Origin: a bacterium
GTDB taxonomy: Bacteria > SAR324 > NAC60-12
Assembly: GCA_965205865.1 (NCBI GenBank)
Contig: CBDBHR010000028.1
Coordinates: 256,001 to 320,000, forward strand
Direction: 5' to 3'
Length of the DNA stretch: 64,000 nucleotides
The position numbers and the translations under genes were made by a program. Below are positions 18,679 to 28,636 of the stretch, piece by piece (position 1 is the first letter of the stretch; every line of letters starts with the position of its first letter). The notes under the pieces are model-generated. The model searched no databases. It worked only from the letters and a program-made list of their open reading frames with translations, and had not been told where the DNA came from.

Positions 18679-19683
18679 ATGTATAAAAAATCAATCATTG
18701 CCTTGTTGGCGTTGTCTATCGCCGCTCTTTTTCCGCTTTTTGCGGCCGATCTCACCATCTATACTTATGAATCCTTCAACAGTAAATGGGGTCCCGGACC
18801 GACGGTTTTTAAGCGATTCGAGGAAAGTTGCCAATGCGAGCTCAAGATCGTTGCCCTGGGTGATTCGGGTTTGATGCTGAACCGTGTCATCTTGGAAAAA
18901 AAGAATCCCAAAGCCGATATATTCCTGGGTCTCAATGACAGTCAGCTGGCAAAAGCATTGTCAGCGGATATTTTTGTCCCTTATCGATCTCCTTTATTGG
19001 AGAATGTGTCCGACGCCCATCTCTTGGACAGTGAATTCCGGATCACTCCCTTTGATTATGGGTATATCGCCTTCGTTTATGATTCCGAGAAAATTTCCAA
19101 TCCTCCTCAAAGTTTGGAAGACCTGTTGAAAGATGAGTATCAACAAAAAATCGTCATTGAAGATCCAAGAACTTCTTCACCGGGGCTTTCCTTTCTGCAT
19201 TGGACCATTTCAGTTTACGGGGAAGACGGCTTTATGAATTATTGGGAAAAATTGCAACCCAATCTGTTGGCCATCACCTCCGGATGGTCGGCTGCTTATG
19301 GGATGTTCACCAAGGGCGAAACCCCGATTGTGTTGAGCTATGCCACCAGTCCCGCATACCATCTGGAATATGAAAACACTGAACGCTATCGAGCTGCAGT
19401 ATTCAGTGAAGGTCATTATCTGCAAATCGAAGGTGCCGGCATCGTAAAGGGTTCTGTAAACATGGATCGTGCCAGACATTTTATCGATTTCATGCTTTCC
19501 TCTGATTTTCAGGATGTCATTCCTTTGACGAATTGGATGTTCCCGGTGGTTCAATACGAGTCCCTGCCCGCGTCGTTCAGGATTGCCATTCACCCCGAAT
19601 CGGCCCCTAAACTGGATGCTTCCCAAATCCTCGAAAAAAATAAAATTTGGTTAAAAACATGGGAAAGGGGACTTGGCAACTGA
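18679..19683 (+). CDS. thiB: Thiamine ABC transporter substrate-binding protein
   Basis: TYESFNSKWGPGP, DPRTSSPGL, SYATSPAYH, PLTNWMFPV; upstream TPP riboswitch. Confidence 0.93.
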   Translation: MYKKSIIALLALSIAALFPLFAADLTIYTYESFNSKWGPGPTVFKRFEESCQCELKIVALGDSGLMLNRVILEKKNPKADIFLGLNDSQLAKALSADIFVPYRSPLLENVSDAHLLDSEFRITPFDYGYIAFVYDSEKISNPPQSLEDLLKDEYQQKIVIEDPRTSSPGLSFLHWTISVYGEDGFMNYWEKLQPNLLAITSGWSAAYGMFTKGETPIVLSYATSPAYHLEYENTERYRAAVFSEGHYLQIEGAGIVKGSVNMDRARHFIDFMLSSDFQDVIPLTNWMFPVVQYESLPASFRIAIHPESAPKLDASQILEKNKIWLKTWERGLGN

Positions 19684-21359
19684 CCTTGTTGCAGGGAGTG
19701 GTTTTTATATTTCTTTTTTCAGGTTTTTATCTCCCCTTGCTCAGTTTTTTCTTCGGAAAAAACCCATTCGAGCCCGGGGAATATTTACTGGATCGAGATT
19801 ACCTGCTCGAGTTTTTAAGTGACAGCTGGAATCTCCAAGTGATCTGGTTTTCCTTCTACCAAGCCTTTTTTAGCGCAATCTTTGCAGTGCTTCTTGGCAT
19901 TCCGGGAGCCTGGATCTTGAGCCGTTATGATTTTCCGGGAAAAAGGATATTTCGCATACTTTTCTACCTTCCTTTCATTTTGCCCTCCATCCTCGTGGTT
20001 TTGGGGATGGTGCTCTTTTTTGGCAACAACGGGTTTGTCAATCAATTTGTACAGTGGCTATTGGGGATCGAGGAACCACCGTTTCAATTCCTCTACTCGT
20101 TGCAGGGGATTTTGATTGCCCATGTATTTTACAATTTCCCCATCGCCATGAAAACCCTTGGCGACCACTGGGAACGGCTCTCCCCCCAATACAGTATGGT
20201 AGCGCGATCTTTGGGAGCGAATCGCATTAAAATCTTTTTCAAAGTCCATCTTCCTTTGATGATTCCCTCGCTCATTTCCTCGTTTGTGTTGATCTTTCTT
20301 CTTTGTTTGAACAGTTTTGCCATCATTTTAATATTGGGCGGGGGAGTCCGCTACACGAATATTGAAGTATTGATCTACCAACTCGCCCGCCTCCATTTGG
20401 ATTTCAAAGGTGCCACTTCTTTGGCATTTCTCCAACTTCTGATGAGTCTGTTTTTTTTGTTTTTTTTGTTCCGGGAAATCGAATATCCCGTAGGACAAGG
20501 AATCAATACTAAAAAAGACTTGTTGCGGGAATGCCGCTCCGGTGCGCAAGCAGCGATTTTTTCTTGCCTTTGGCTGGTATTCATCATCAGCTTTGCTTTT
20601 GGTCCTTTGATATCTATTGTCGTAGATTCTTTTCGCGCATTTGAGAATAACCAGTGGAATTTCAGCATTAAATGGTACCGGCAATTGTTCGAATTGAATC
20701 CGCAAAACACTTTTCTGTCAGCCCTTTGGAATTCCTTGAAAATCGGGCTGTCTAGCGCATGTCTCTCTTCAATATTGGGATTGGGGATGGCTTCCATCAT
20801 TCATCTGAAAAGAGGAGTTCCTCGAAAATTATGGGAGTTGTTGGCGCTTTTTCCGATAGGCGTTTCCACTGTTATTTTAGGAGTGGTTTGGTTCGTATTC
20901 TTCCAGGATTTTTTAATTGACTATATCCCTTTGAGTTTGATTTTAATTTTAATTCACGCCATTTTGACGTTTCCCTATTGGATCCGGGTTGTATTGCCGG
21001 CACTGGACTCCATTCCCCCCAAGTGGTTGATGGTTTCTCAAACCTTGGGAAAGACGCCCGTTTATTTTTATCTGAAGATTTTGATTCCCTGGTTGAAACG
21101 GGTGTTGGTCACCGGATTTTTCTTCTCTTTTGCATTATCTCTGGGAGAGCTCAATTCGACTCTGATGGTCGCCGACGACACCCTGCAAACTCTGCCTTTG
21201 GAAATTTACAGAGCGATGGCAGGCTATCGCTTTTCATTCGCATCTGCTGTCGGAGTAATGCTCCTGATTCTGACGGTGGTGGTCTTCATTTTTATCGAGG
21301 AGTGGACCCACAAAGATCCCTATATTTTCCAAGGACAAAAGCTCAATCCTTTAAACTGA
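19647..21359 (+). CDS. thiP: Thiamine ABC transporter permease (start uncertain)
   Basis: Duplicated permease with AHVFYNFP and FALSLGE motifs; follows thiB. Confidence 0.85.
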   Translation: MVKNMGKGTWQLTLLQGVVFIFLFSGFYLPLLSFFFGKNPFEPGEYLLDRDYLLEFLSDSWNLQVIWFSFYQAFFSAIFAVLLGIPGAWILSRYDFPGKRIFRILFYLPFILPSILVVLGMVLFFGNNGFVNQFVQWLLGIEEPPFQFLYSLQGILIAHVFYNFPIAMKTLGDHWERLSPQYSMVARSLGANRIKIFFKVHLPLMIPSLISSFVLIFLLCLNSFAIILILGGGVRYTNIEVLIYQLARLHLDFKGATSLAFLQLLMSLFFLFFLFREIEYPVGQGINTKKDLLRECRSGAQAAIFSCLWLVFIISFAFGPLISIVVDSFRAFENNQWNFSIKWYRQLFELNPQNTFLSALWNSLKIGLSSACLSSILGLGMASIIHLKRGVPRKLWELLALFPIGVSTVILGVVWFVFFQDFLIDYIPLSLILILIHAILTFPYWIRVVLPALDSIPPKWLMVSQTLGKTPVYFYLKILIPWLKRVLVTGFFFSFALSLGELNSTLMVADDTLQTLPLEIYRAMAGYRFSFASAVGVMLLILTVVVFIFIEEWTHKDPYIFQGQKLNPLN

Positions 21360-21448
21360 GGGACCAGCGAGTGATGGATTGCGGACATCCTCTGTCTAAA
21401 TAACTGATGTTACATGAACGATTTTTGCAGTTATGCGTCTCATCGAGT

Positions 21449-21825
21449 TGTCATTCCTGGCGAAGACCAGGAATCCACTTTGCTAGCGATCCAGGGTGAC
21501 TAAAACGTTTCATATAAATCCATCCCTCGATGATAATTTTTCTCAATGAGTTCGATTTTCCAAGCTCGTTTCCATTTCTTACGTTGTTTTTCTCTCCGGA
21601 GAGCAGCTGTTACCTCTGAAGTGGTCTCATAGTATACCAATTGATGTACTTGGTATTTGCTGGTAAATCCTTCTATGAGATTGTTTTTATGTTCATAAAC
21701 TCTTCTAAGAAGATCATTGGTCACTCCAATATATAAAGTGCCATTTCTTTTACTTGATAAGATATAAACGTTGTAGGTTTTCATGATGGCGACTCCTGGA
21801 TTCCTGGTCTTCGCCAGGAATGACA
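21449..21825. mobile_element. GIY-YIG gene bracketed by perfect 29-bp inverted repeats
   Basis: TGTCATTCCTGGCGAAGACCAGGAATCCA at 21449-21477 and its exact reverse complement at 21797-21825. Confidence 0.7.
21500..21784 (-). CDS. GIY-YIG nuclease family protein
   Basis: YNVYILSSKRNGTLYIGVTNDLLRRVYEHK...REKQRKKWKRAWK. Confidence 0.9.
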   Translation of the reverse strand: MKTYNVYILSSKRNGTLYIGVTNDLLRRVYEHKNNLIEGFTSKYQVHQLVYYETTSEVTAALRREKQRKKWKRAWKIELIEKNYHRGMDLYETF

Positions 21826-22099
21826 CACTTGTGGTGAAGCGTATTCATGGAAACCGCTGAATGCAAAAAATATACACGTAACCTTCATGTAAATTATTTT
21901 CACCCCGGAGGATGAAGAAAAATAACAAACCATATAGTTTCAGTAGGTTAGATAGTTTTTTACACGTTAACATGAGTAAATAAAGAACTGGCCTTCGATT
22001 GCTTCCAATCGAAAAATGCTATTTTGAAAAAACAGGCAAGAGGACTTTGAAAGTTTCCCCGGTTTTTTGGCGTGGACGTATTTGCATCGATCACGGGTA

Positions 22100-22681
22100 T
22101 CAGAGGTTCAAAGGGCAAAGTATCATCTCATCCACGGTCGTTTGTTGCAAAACCTGAAAGTAGATTTTGACGCAGGTCAACGAGGCAGCGGGGGAGGGTT
22201 GCCAGGCTTCGAATCTCATATAGGCAAGTCCCTCTATAAACCGCTGGTAAGCGCCTTTCCCTGATTTTCTCAATAAAATTCCGCGTTTGGCATCATAGCG
22301 ATAAGAAATGCTTTCACGGGAATCCTGGAAATCCCCATCTTGATTGAAATCCGCTTTCAAAGCCAACATCTGCTCCTGGATGTCAATCCCTCTCTCATTT
22401 TCCGAAGGGGGAATTCCGAATCCCGCCTGAATCAGTTCAGCCTTCAGTATCAGTTGAAATCGTTGCATATTCATGGCCAAGTCTGCAGCGACTTGCTGAG
22501 TAAAGGCAAGTTTATGAAATTGGGTGACTGGTGTTTGAAACGTCCATGCTAAAATGGCGCACACTGCCAACACGATCAGAACTTCAAGCAGAGTGAATCC
22601 TGCAGCAGGGCTTTCAATAAAATGGATTTCTTTACTGATTACAGATTTTTTATTGCCGCAGCAGAGCGGATTTCCATTCAT
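22100..22681 (-). CDS. Prepilin-type N-terminal cleavage/methylation protein (PilW-like)
   Basis: GFTLLEVLIVLAV motif. Confidence 0.8.
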   Translation of the reverse strand: MNGNPLCCGNKKSVISKEIHFIESPAAGFTLLEVLIVLAVCAILAWTFQTPVTQFHKLAFTQQVAADLAMNMQRFQLILKAELIQAGFGIPPSENERGIDIQEQMLALKADFNQDGDFQDSRESISYRYDAKRGILLRKSGKGAYQRFIEGLAYMRFEAWQPSPAASLTCVKIYFQVLQQTTVDEMILCPLNL

Positions 22682-23033
22682 AAAGGACCGTGTTGTCAGG
22701 AGGATGCTGAAGTTGAAAAACGATGCCTTTCCATACGGGATTCAATTCCTGAACTTGCCATTGCAAGGTATAGACGAGTCCCCGTGGCGTGACAATTTCT
22801 TTTTGATGCCACCCCGGACTCAATGTTGCAGACAAAAAATCACTCTGCTGCACCTCCGCTGTCCAAGCATCCAATTGATTGGCGATGCTGACGAACTCTT
22901 GTCGTTTTTGCATTTCCCGGGAGCCTTGATCAATGACTCGACTGCCAAGCAAAATGAATACGATCAAGATCGTACCTGCAATCATCACCTCCAACAGCGT
23001 GAATCCTTCATGGCTTGCTTTGAATTTCCGTAT
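22650..23033 (-). CDS. Prepilin-type protein (PilV-like); start upstream of the ORF-track call
   Basis: In-frame GFTLLEVMIAG begins upstream of the TTG at 22994; possible ATA start at 23033 after GGAGG. Confidence 0.65.
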   Translation of the reverse strand: MRKFKASHEGFTLLEVMIAGTILIVFILLGSRVIDQGSREMQKRQEFVSIANQLDAWTAEVQQSDFLSATLSPGWHQKEIVTPRGLVYTLQWQVQELNPVWKGIVFQLQHPPDNTVLYEWKSALLRQ

Positions 23034-23538
23034 AGCGAATACCTCCTATGGGGCCTACTTTAACTTGCAGGAAATAATGTTCGGATTCCACAACGATAGT
23101 TCCTCCCCTGGCAAATCCATAAGGGCTGAAAGATGGCCAACGGTTTGCCGTCAGTGTCAAATCCGCAGGCAGAGATTCCCATGACTCCTCCGAAAGTTGC
23201 AGCTTGTCGGGGCGGATAATCCACAACTCGCTTCCCGCGCCCTCTATGCCATGAGAGTGTCTCAGGGTCAATGCTAAAAACTGGGCGTGTTTTAAAGTCT
23301 GCATTACTTGGTTGGCACCCATCCTGAGATACCAGCGTTCCAATAACCCTTCCACCGATACAAAAACGGCAACGTACACAATCCCCAAGATGGCTATGCC
23401 AATCAACAACTCCAGCAGGGAAAAACCTTGTTTTGCTTCTTGACGTTGCTGATTTTTTGCGGCAGCAAGGTTGGCGACGGTTTCTTTTTTTCCATTTAAG
23501 AAACAACTCCGGCAGGATTGTTGAATTTTTAATTCCAT
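23008..23538 (-). CDS. Prepilin-type protein (FimT/GspH-like)
   Basis: GFSLLELLIGIAILGI; C-terminal FSPYGFARGGTI. Confidence 0.8.
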   Translation of the reverse strand: MELKIQQSCRSCFLNGKKETVANLAAAKNQQRQEAKQGFSLLELLIGIAILGIVYVAVFVSVEGLLERWYLRMGANQVMQTLKHAQFLALTLRHSHGIEGAGSELWIIRPDKLQLSEESWESLPADLTLTANRWPSFSPYGFARGGTIVVESEHYFLQVKVGPIGGIRYTEIQSKP

Positions 23539-23708
23539 CCCATTGTCTTAAAAAGCTTGTGTGAATCGGCTTAATTTTGTATAAAATTGAAGTTTATCCA
23601 ACTTTTTTCAATGGAATGAATTTTTAAAGAGATCTTGATTTTGGTTTTAAATATATTTTTTATGGGTATTTAACCAAAGTTTTCGTTCTCTTTCTTAAAG
23701 AGTGCAGC

Positions 23709-25619
23709 ATGATACAACAATTACGAGAACAGTCCCAAAGTATTTTCTTCAAAATCCTGCTTGGATTCATTGCAATCACCTTCGTGATTTCTTTTGGAGT
23801 CGGTTCATTTTTTGGCAGTCGTAAAGAAGTAATCGCCCTGGTCAATTCAAGAGAGTTGTTAATGCAGGAATACCAACGTTTTTATACCCAGCAATTTGAT
23901 AACCTCAGAGCCCGCTATGGAACGAATGCAGACCAACTGGCAGAACAATTAAATTTGAGACAGCAAGTCCTGCAGCAGCTGATCAATCGCTATTTACTGG
24001 CAGGAGAGGCCGAAAAACAAGGCATGTGGCTCACCGATTTTGAATTGCGGGATTTCATCAAAAGTCAACCATATTTTCAGATCGATGGTCATTTTGATTA
24101 CAATACATACGAGCAGATTTTGCGGCAAAACCGGATGTTGGTGGAAGAGTATGAAGAGGAATTGCGAGTGGATCTGCTTGCTGGGAAATACCAGAATACG
24201 CTTTCATCAGGCATCGTAGTCAGCGATGCCGAAGTGGATCGCATTTATCATCATGAAAATGAAGAATTTACGGTTGAATTCCTCTATTTCAATCCCCATC
24301 TTTTTACCGAACAAGTCGAAATTGAAGACGAAGAATTGCAGAAATACTTTCAGGAAAATCCCAGCGAATTTGAGCAACCCAAGCGCTTCAAAATTGAATA
24401 TTTCCTCCTCACCCTTGATCAATTCAAAGAAACCGCCGTTGTCAAAGAACGGGAAATTGTCCGTTATTATGAAAGAAACAAAGAAGAATACACGACGCCT
24501 GTTGAAGTCAAAGCAAGGCACATCTTGATCAATGCCAACATGGAAACGTCAGCCGAAGAGAAAGCCGAAAAACGAAAACAAGCCGGAGAAATCTTGCAAC
24601 AACTTCAGCAAGGCGCTGATTTTGAGGAGCTGGCACTGCAGTATTCGGAGGACTTTTCCAAGGAGCAGGGCGGGGATTTGGGCTGGTTTCGGCCGGGAGA
24701 GATGGTAGCGGGTTTTGAGGAGGCCGCCTTTGATTTGGCACCGGGAGAGTTGAGCGCCGTCGTGGAAACGCCATTTGGCTTTCACATCATCCGTGTTGAC
24801 GAAAAGAAAGAGGAACAAATTCAGCCGCTGGAGGAAGTACGCGCCGAAATCGAAGATCTCTTGAAAGAATCGCGAGCTGAGAAAAAGCTGAATTTGGAAT
24901 TCAACAAACTGGAAAACAGAATGGCAGAAGAAAAGGACTTGGCCGCTATTGCTGAAAGTTTGGGAACTTCCTCTGCCCAAACCGATTTTTTTGACCGGGA
25001 AGACAGTCTTGAAAAACTGGGTTCGGTTGAAGCCTTGGCGGAGCAGTTGCAGTCTTTGCAGGCAGGAGATTTTGGACGCTGGCAACGCAATCCAATCCAG
25101 GGATACGTGTTTTATAAGTTGCTCGACGCGCAAGAACCTTCGACCAAACCGTTTGAGGAAGTCGAAGCGGAACTAACCCGGCTGGTCAAAGAGCAAAAAG
25201 CGGTTGACCTGGCGTCTGAAATTGCTCAAAACGAATCCGCAACCTTGACAGAAGGCAAATCCCTGGAAACCATTGCAGCGTCCTATGGTCTCTCCGTCGA
25301 AGAAACAACGTTGACTGCAGTGAGCGATATGATTGCAGGGGTGGGCTATGATCCGGAATTCAAAAAAAACGTGCTGGCGTTGAATGAGTCCGGGAAAGTG
25401 GGAGGCAGCCGGTTTCAGGAAAAGTTTTATCTCTTTGCCCTCAAAGATCGCCAATTACCGGAGGATGAAAACATCGATGTTGAAAAACAGGTGATTCGCC
25501 AAAGACTGATCGGACAAATGAGACAAGTTTTTGTCGACAAGGACATGCAGCGATTGCGGGATGCTGCCAGCATTGAAATTCTCAATCCTTTCTTCCGGTC
25601 CGATTTACCCGAGAGCTAG
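23709..25619 (+). CDS. ppiD: Periplasmic chaperone / parvulin-type PPIase (PpiD-like)
   Basis: N-terminal membrane anchor, SurA-N-like region, ARHILI...GGDLGWF...TPFGFHII rotamase motif. Confidence 0.88.
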   Translation: MIQQLREQSQSIFFKILLGFIAITFVISFGVGSFFGSRKEVIALVNSRELLMQEYQRFYTQQFDNLRARYGTNADQLAEQLNLRQQVLQQLINRYLLAGEAEKQGMWLTDFELRDFIKSQPYFQIDGHFDYNTYEQILRQNRMLVEEYEEELRVDLLAGKYQNTLSSGIVVSDAEVDRIYHHENEEFTVEFLYFNPHLFTEQVEIEDEELQKYFQENPSEFEQPKRFKIEYFLLTLDQFKETAVVKEREIVRYYERNKEEYTTPVEVKARHILINANMETSAEEKAEKRKQAGEILQQLQQGADFEELALQYSEDFSKEQGGDLGWFRPGEMVAGFEEAAFDLAPGELSAVVETPFGFHIIRVDEKKEEQIQPLEEVRAEIEDLLKESRAEKKLNLEFNKLENRMAEEKDLAAIAESLGTSSAQTDFFDREDSLEKLGSVEALAEQLQSLQAGDFGRWQRNPIQGYVFYKLLDAQEPSTKPFEEVEAELTRLVKEQKAVDLASEIAQNESATLTEGKSLETIAASYGLSVEETTLTAVSDMIAGVGYDPEFKKNVLALNESGKVGGSRFQEKFYLFALKDRQLPEDENIDVEKQVIRQRLIGQMRQVFVDKDMQRLRDAASIEILNPFFRSDLPES

Positions 25620-25697
25620 CGTCGAACAATGTTGTATGACGATTGTCGCATTGCAAAAAAATGCCTTTTGAAAATCCACCCTGGCTCCCTTTTGCCA

Positions 25698-26213
25698 ATG
25701 AGGGGCATCCTCCTGCTCCTCATCCTGACAGGGATAGGGCTTATGAATTCATTCTCTGCCGGATTTGCCCAGCAAGCATGGAAAAAACCATATCCGGGGA
25801 CGTCGCCCCTCAAAATTTATGCTGAATTCGACAATTATCACGTCTCTCCGGGAACTGCCGTGACTTTGATCATTCGAGGTTTTTTGGAACCGGCATGGCA
25901 CATTTATTCGATTCACCGGAATTCTGAAGAGGGACCGCAACCAACCACCGTCACCTATCCCCGTTTGCAACATGAAATCATCGGTCCTTTGCAAGAAACC
26001 CCCCCTGAAATCCTGGATGATCAAGTATTGAATTTACAGTTGCCGGTTCACAAGGAGGAGTTTGTCTTTCAACAGCAATTCAAGATCTCAGCTCAGGCCG
26101 AAGCAGGATCCTTTGTTTTTGAGGGAGTTCTCCATTTTCAGATGTGTGACAACTATATTTGCGCACCCCGCCAACATCGATTGTTCTCGACTCCGTTGAC
26201 TATTGAGAAATAA
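25698..26213 (+). CDS. DsbD N-terminal-like domain protein
   Basis: Signal peptide, WHIYS, FQMCDNYICAP. Confidence 0.75.
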   Translation: MRGILLLLILTGIGLMNSFSAGFAQQAWKKPYPGTSPLKIYAEFDNYHVSPGTAVTLIIRGFLEPAWHIYSIHRNSEEGPQPTTVTYPRLQHEIIGPLQETPPEILDDQVLNLQLPVHKEEFVFQQQFKISAQAEAGSFVFEGVLHFQMCDNYICAPRQHRLFSTPLTIEK

Positions 26214-26259
26214 TTGCCGCATGTGGGGACTCCTTTGAAGTTTTACAGGATATAAAGCA

Positions 26260-26472
26260 ATGGAAAGAACAGAAAAATCCCGCAAGCCAACACCTCACGA
26301 CGCGATTCTACTCAGTCAGGCCATTGTGGAAAAACGGCCCATAAGCATTACTTTCCTGGACGGTGACGTGATGATCGAACAGGTCCGCTGGCATACTGTG
26401 GAATGTATAGGATTGAGGGATGGCAAAATTGTTAACAAGCAGGCCATCAAATTTTGGGAATTGATGGCATAA
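26260..26472 (+). CDS. Small Sm/Hfq-like protein
   Basis: HDAILL..AIVEKRPISITFLDG...VRW...IGL...IVNKQAI aligns by eye with the Hfq helix, Sm1 and YKHAI Sm2 motifs. Confidence 0.55.
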   Translation: MERTEKSRKPTPHDAILLSQAIVEKRPISITFLDGDVMIEQVRWHTVECIGLRDGKIVNKQAIKFWELMA

Positions 26473-26490
26473 TTTGGAAAGAGCAGTGCC

Positions 26491-27513
26491 GTGACCAGTT
26501 ATTTTATCCGCCGGCTCCTTTTGGTGGGACCTACTTTCATCGGAATCACCCTGGTTGTTTTTACAATCACCCGCTTTGTTCCGGGAGGACCTATTGAAAG
26601 GATCATTGCCCAAGCCCAGCAAATGAATGCGGGAGAAAGATCCACATCACAATCGCTGGAGAATGACGCGCCCCTCTCTCCCGAACAGATTGAAATGCTC
26701 AAAAAGTTTTACGGGTTTGATAAACCGGTTTTTATCAGTTATATCGAATGGTTGGGCAAGGTCGTCACCTTCGATTTGGGCAACTCCACGCGCTACTACG
26801 ATCCCGTCTGGGAAATCATCAAAGAGAAGTTGCCGATTTCTATTTATTACGGAGTTGTCACTACGGTCTTGACCTACCTGGTATGTATCCCGCTTGGCGT
26901 ACTGAAAGCCATCAAACATAAAACTTTGATAGACAGCACTTCATCTATTTTCATTCTGACCGGATATGCTCTGCCCGGCTTCATAGTGGCCATTGTCCTT
27001 TTTGTCTGGCCGGCAGCTCAATGGGATTGGTTCCCCTTAGGCGATTTCGTCAGTGAGGATTTCGACGACTTATCCCTTCCTGGAAAAGCGTGGGATGTGG
27101 TTTTTCATTCCGTTTTGCCTTTGATTGCCTATATGTTGGGAGGCTTTGCCACCATGACGTTTTTAATGAAAAACACTTTGATGGATCACCTTGCTTCCGA
27201 TTACGTCAGAACGGCCATTGCCAAGGGACTCTCTTTCAGAGGCGCGGTGTTCAAACATGCATTGCGTAATAGTCTCATCCCTTTGGCGACTCATTTTGGT
27301 AACAACATCACTTTATTCCTGGCCGGTTCTTTCCTGATTGAAAAAGTGTTCAATATCGATGGTCTGGGGCTGCTTGGATTTGAATCGTTGGTGGAACGGG
27401 ATTATCCCATCGTGCTGGGAGTCCTGGTTATTTCATCCGTTTTGGGGCTGCTGGGTAATATTTTGTCCGATGTATGCGTGGCCTTGGTCGACCCCCGTGT
27501 CACATTTGATTGA
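26491..27513 (+). CDS. Oligopeptide ABC permease (YejB-like)
   Basis: FVPGGPIE, YGFDKP, DYVRTAIAKGL. Confidence 0.9.
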   Translation: MTSYFIRRLLLVGPTFIGITLVVFTITRFVPGGPIERIIAQAQQMNAGERSTSQSLENDAPLSPEQIEMLKKFYGFDKPVFISYIEWLGKVVTFDLGNSTRYYDPVWEIIKEKLPISIYYGVVTTVLTYLVCIPLGVLKAIKHKTLIDSTSSIFILTGYALPGFIVAIVLFVWPAAQWDWFPLGDFVSEDFDDLSLPGKAWDVVFHSVLPLIAYMLGGFATMTFLMKNTLMDHLASDYVRTAIAKGLSFRGAVFKHALRNSLIPLATHFGNNITLFLAGSFLIEKVFNIDGLGLLGFESLVERDYPIVLGVLVISSVLGLLGNILSDVCVALVDPRVTFD

Positions 27514-27556
27514 TCCCCCTCACCCTGACCCTCTCCCTCCAGGGGAGAGGGAACAA
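27513..27556. repeat. REP-like palindrome, copy 1
   Basis: ATCCCCCTCACCCTGACCCTCTCCCTCCAGGGGAGAGGGAACAA between two operon genes. Confidence 0.8.
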
Positions 27557-28611
27557 TGAAAGAAATGATGCGTATCAATCCGCTTACATTGAAAAAAATA
27601 AAACGATTTCGTTCGATCAAGCGAGGTTTTTTCTCATTGATTCTATTCGGATTCATGTTGCTGCTGGCAATCTTTGCCGAATTGTGGATCAACAACAGGG
27701 CCTTGCTGGTATATTATGAAGAATCATTTTATTTCCCAATATACGGTTCGATTATTCCTGGAAAAGTCTTTGGATTGGAGTATGCCTACGAAACCAATTA
27801 CAAACAATTGCAGAAAAAATTTCAGCAAGAAGGAGGAGCGAATTTCGTGATCATGCCGCTCGTGCCTTACAATGCCTATGAAATCGATTTGCCGGAGACT
27901 GAATTTCCTCCTTTTCCTCCTTCCCTGAAATCCGGACATTATCTGGGGACGGACGCCATCGGTCGGGACATGGTTGCGCGATTGGTCTATGGATTTCGCG
28001 TCTGTATCGCTTATGCTCTCTCTCTGCTTTTCATGACTTTTGTCATTGGAATCGCCTTGGGATGTTTGATGGGCTACTGGGGAGGCAAGTTCGATTTGTT
28101 CTTTCAACGCTTGATCGAAGTCTGGTCCGCCATTCCTTTTCTTTACATCATCATGATAATCGCTTCCATTGTGGAGCCCAACCTGTTAATGTTGGTGGTC
28201 ATTTCCGTTATCTTTGGTTGGATGGGATTGACCTGGTACATGCGCACCGCAACATATAAAGAAAAAGCCAGGGACTATGTGATGGCCGCCAGAGCGCTGG
28301 GGGCTTCCAATGCAAGAATAATCTTTCATCATATACTTCCCAACGCGATTTCCTTGATCGTGACTTTTGTTCCCTTTTCGGTGGCAGCCGGCATTTCAGG
28401 TCTGACGGCGCTGGACTATCTGGGATTCGGCCTGCAACCACCGACTCCGAGTTGGGGGGAATTGCTCCAGCAGGGGACGACGAATCTGCAGGCGCTTTGG
28501 ATCATCAGTTCCATTGTGACCGCCCTGGTGATGGTATTGGTGAGTATCACCTTCATCGGCGAAGCGGTACGGGAAGGATTTGACCCGAAAATGCACACAA
28601 CCTTTGAATAA
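27556..28611 (+). CDS. Oligopeptide ABC permease (YejE-like)
   Basis: RFRSIKRGFFSL, LGTDAIGRD, ALDYLGFGL, GEAVREGFDPK. Confidence 0.9.
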   Translation: MKEMMRINPLTLKKIKRFRSIKRGFFSLILFGFMLLLAIFAELWINNRALLVYYEESFYFPIYGSIIPGKVFGLEYAYETNYKQLQKKFQQEGGANFVIMPLVPYNAYEIDLPETEFPPFPPSLKSGHYLGTDAIGRDMVARLVYGFRVCIAYALSLLFMTFVIGIALGCLMGYWGGKFDLFFQRLIEVWSAIPFLYIIMIIASIVEPNLLMLVVISVIFGWMGLTWYMRTATYKEKARDYVMAARALGASNARIIFHHILPNAISLIVTFVPFSVAAGISGLTALDYLGFGLQPPTPSWGELLQQGTTNLQALWIISSIVTALVMVLVSITFIGEAVREGFDPKMHTTFE

Positions 28612-28636
28612 CAAAACCTTGATAATGGAGAAAATC

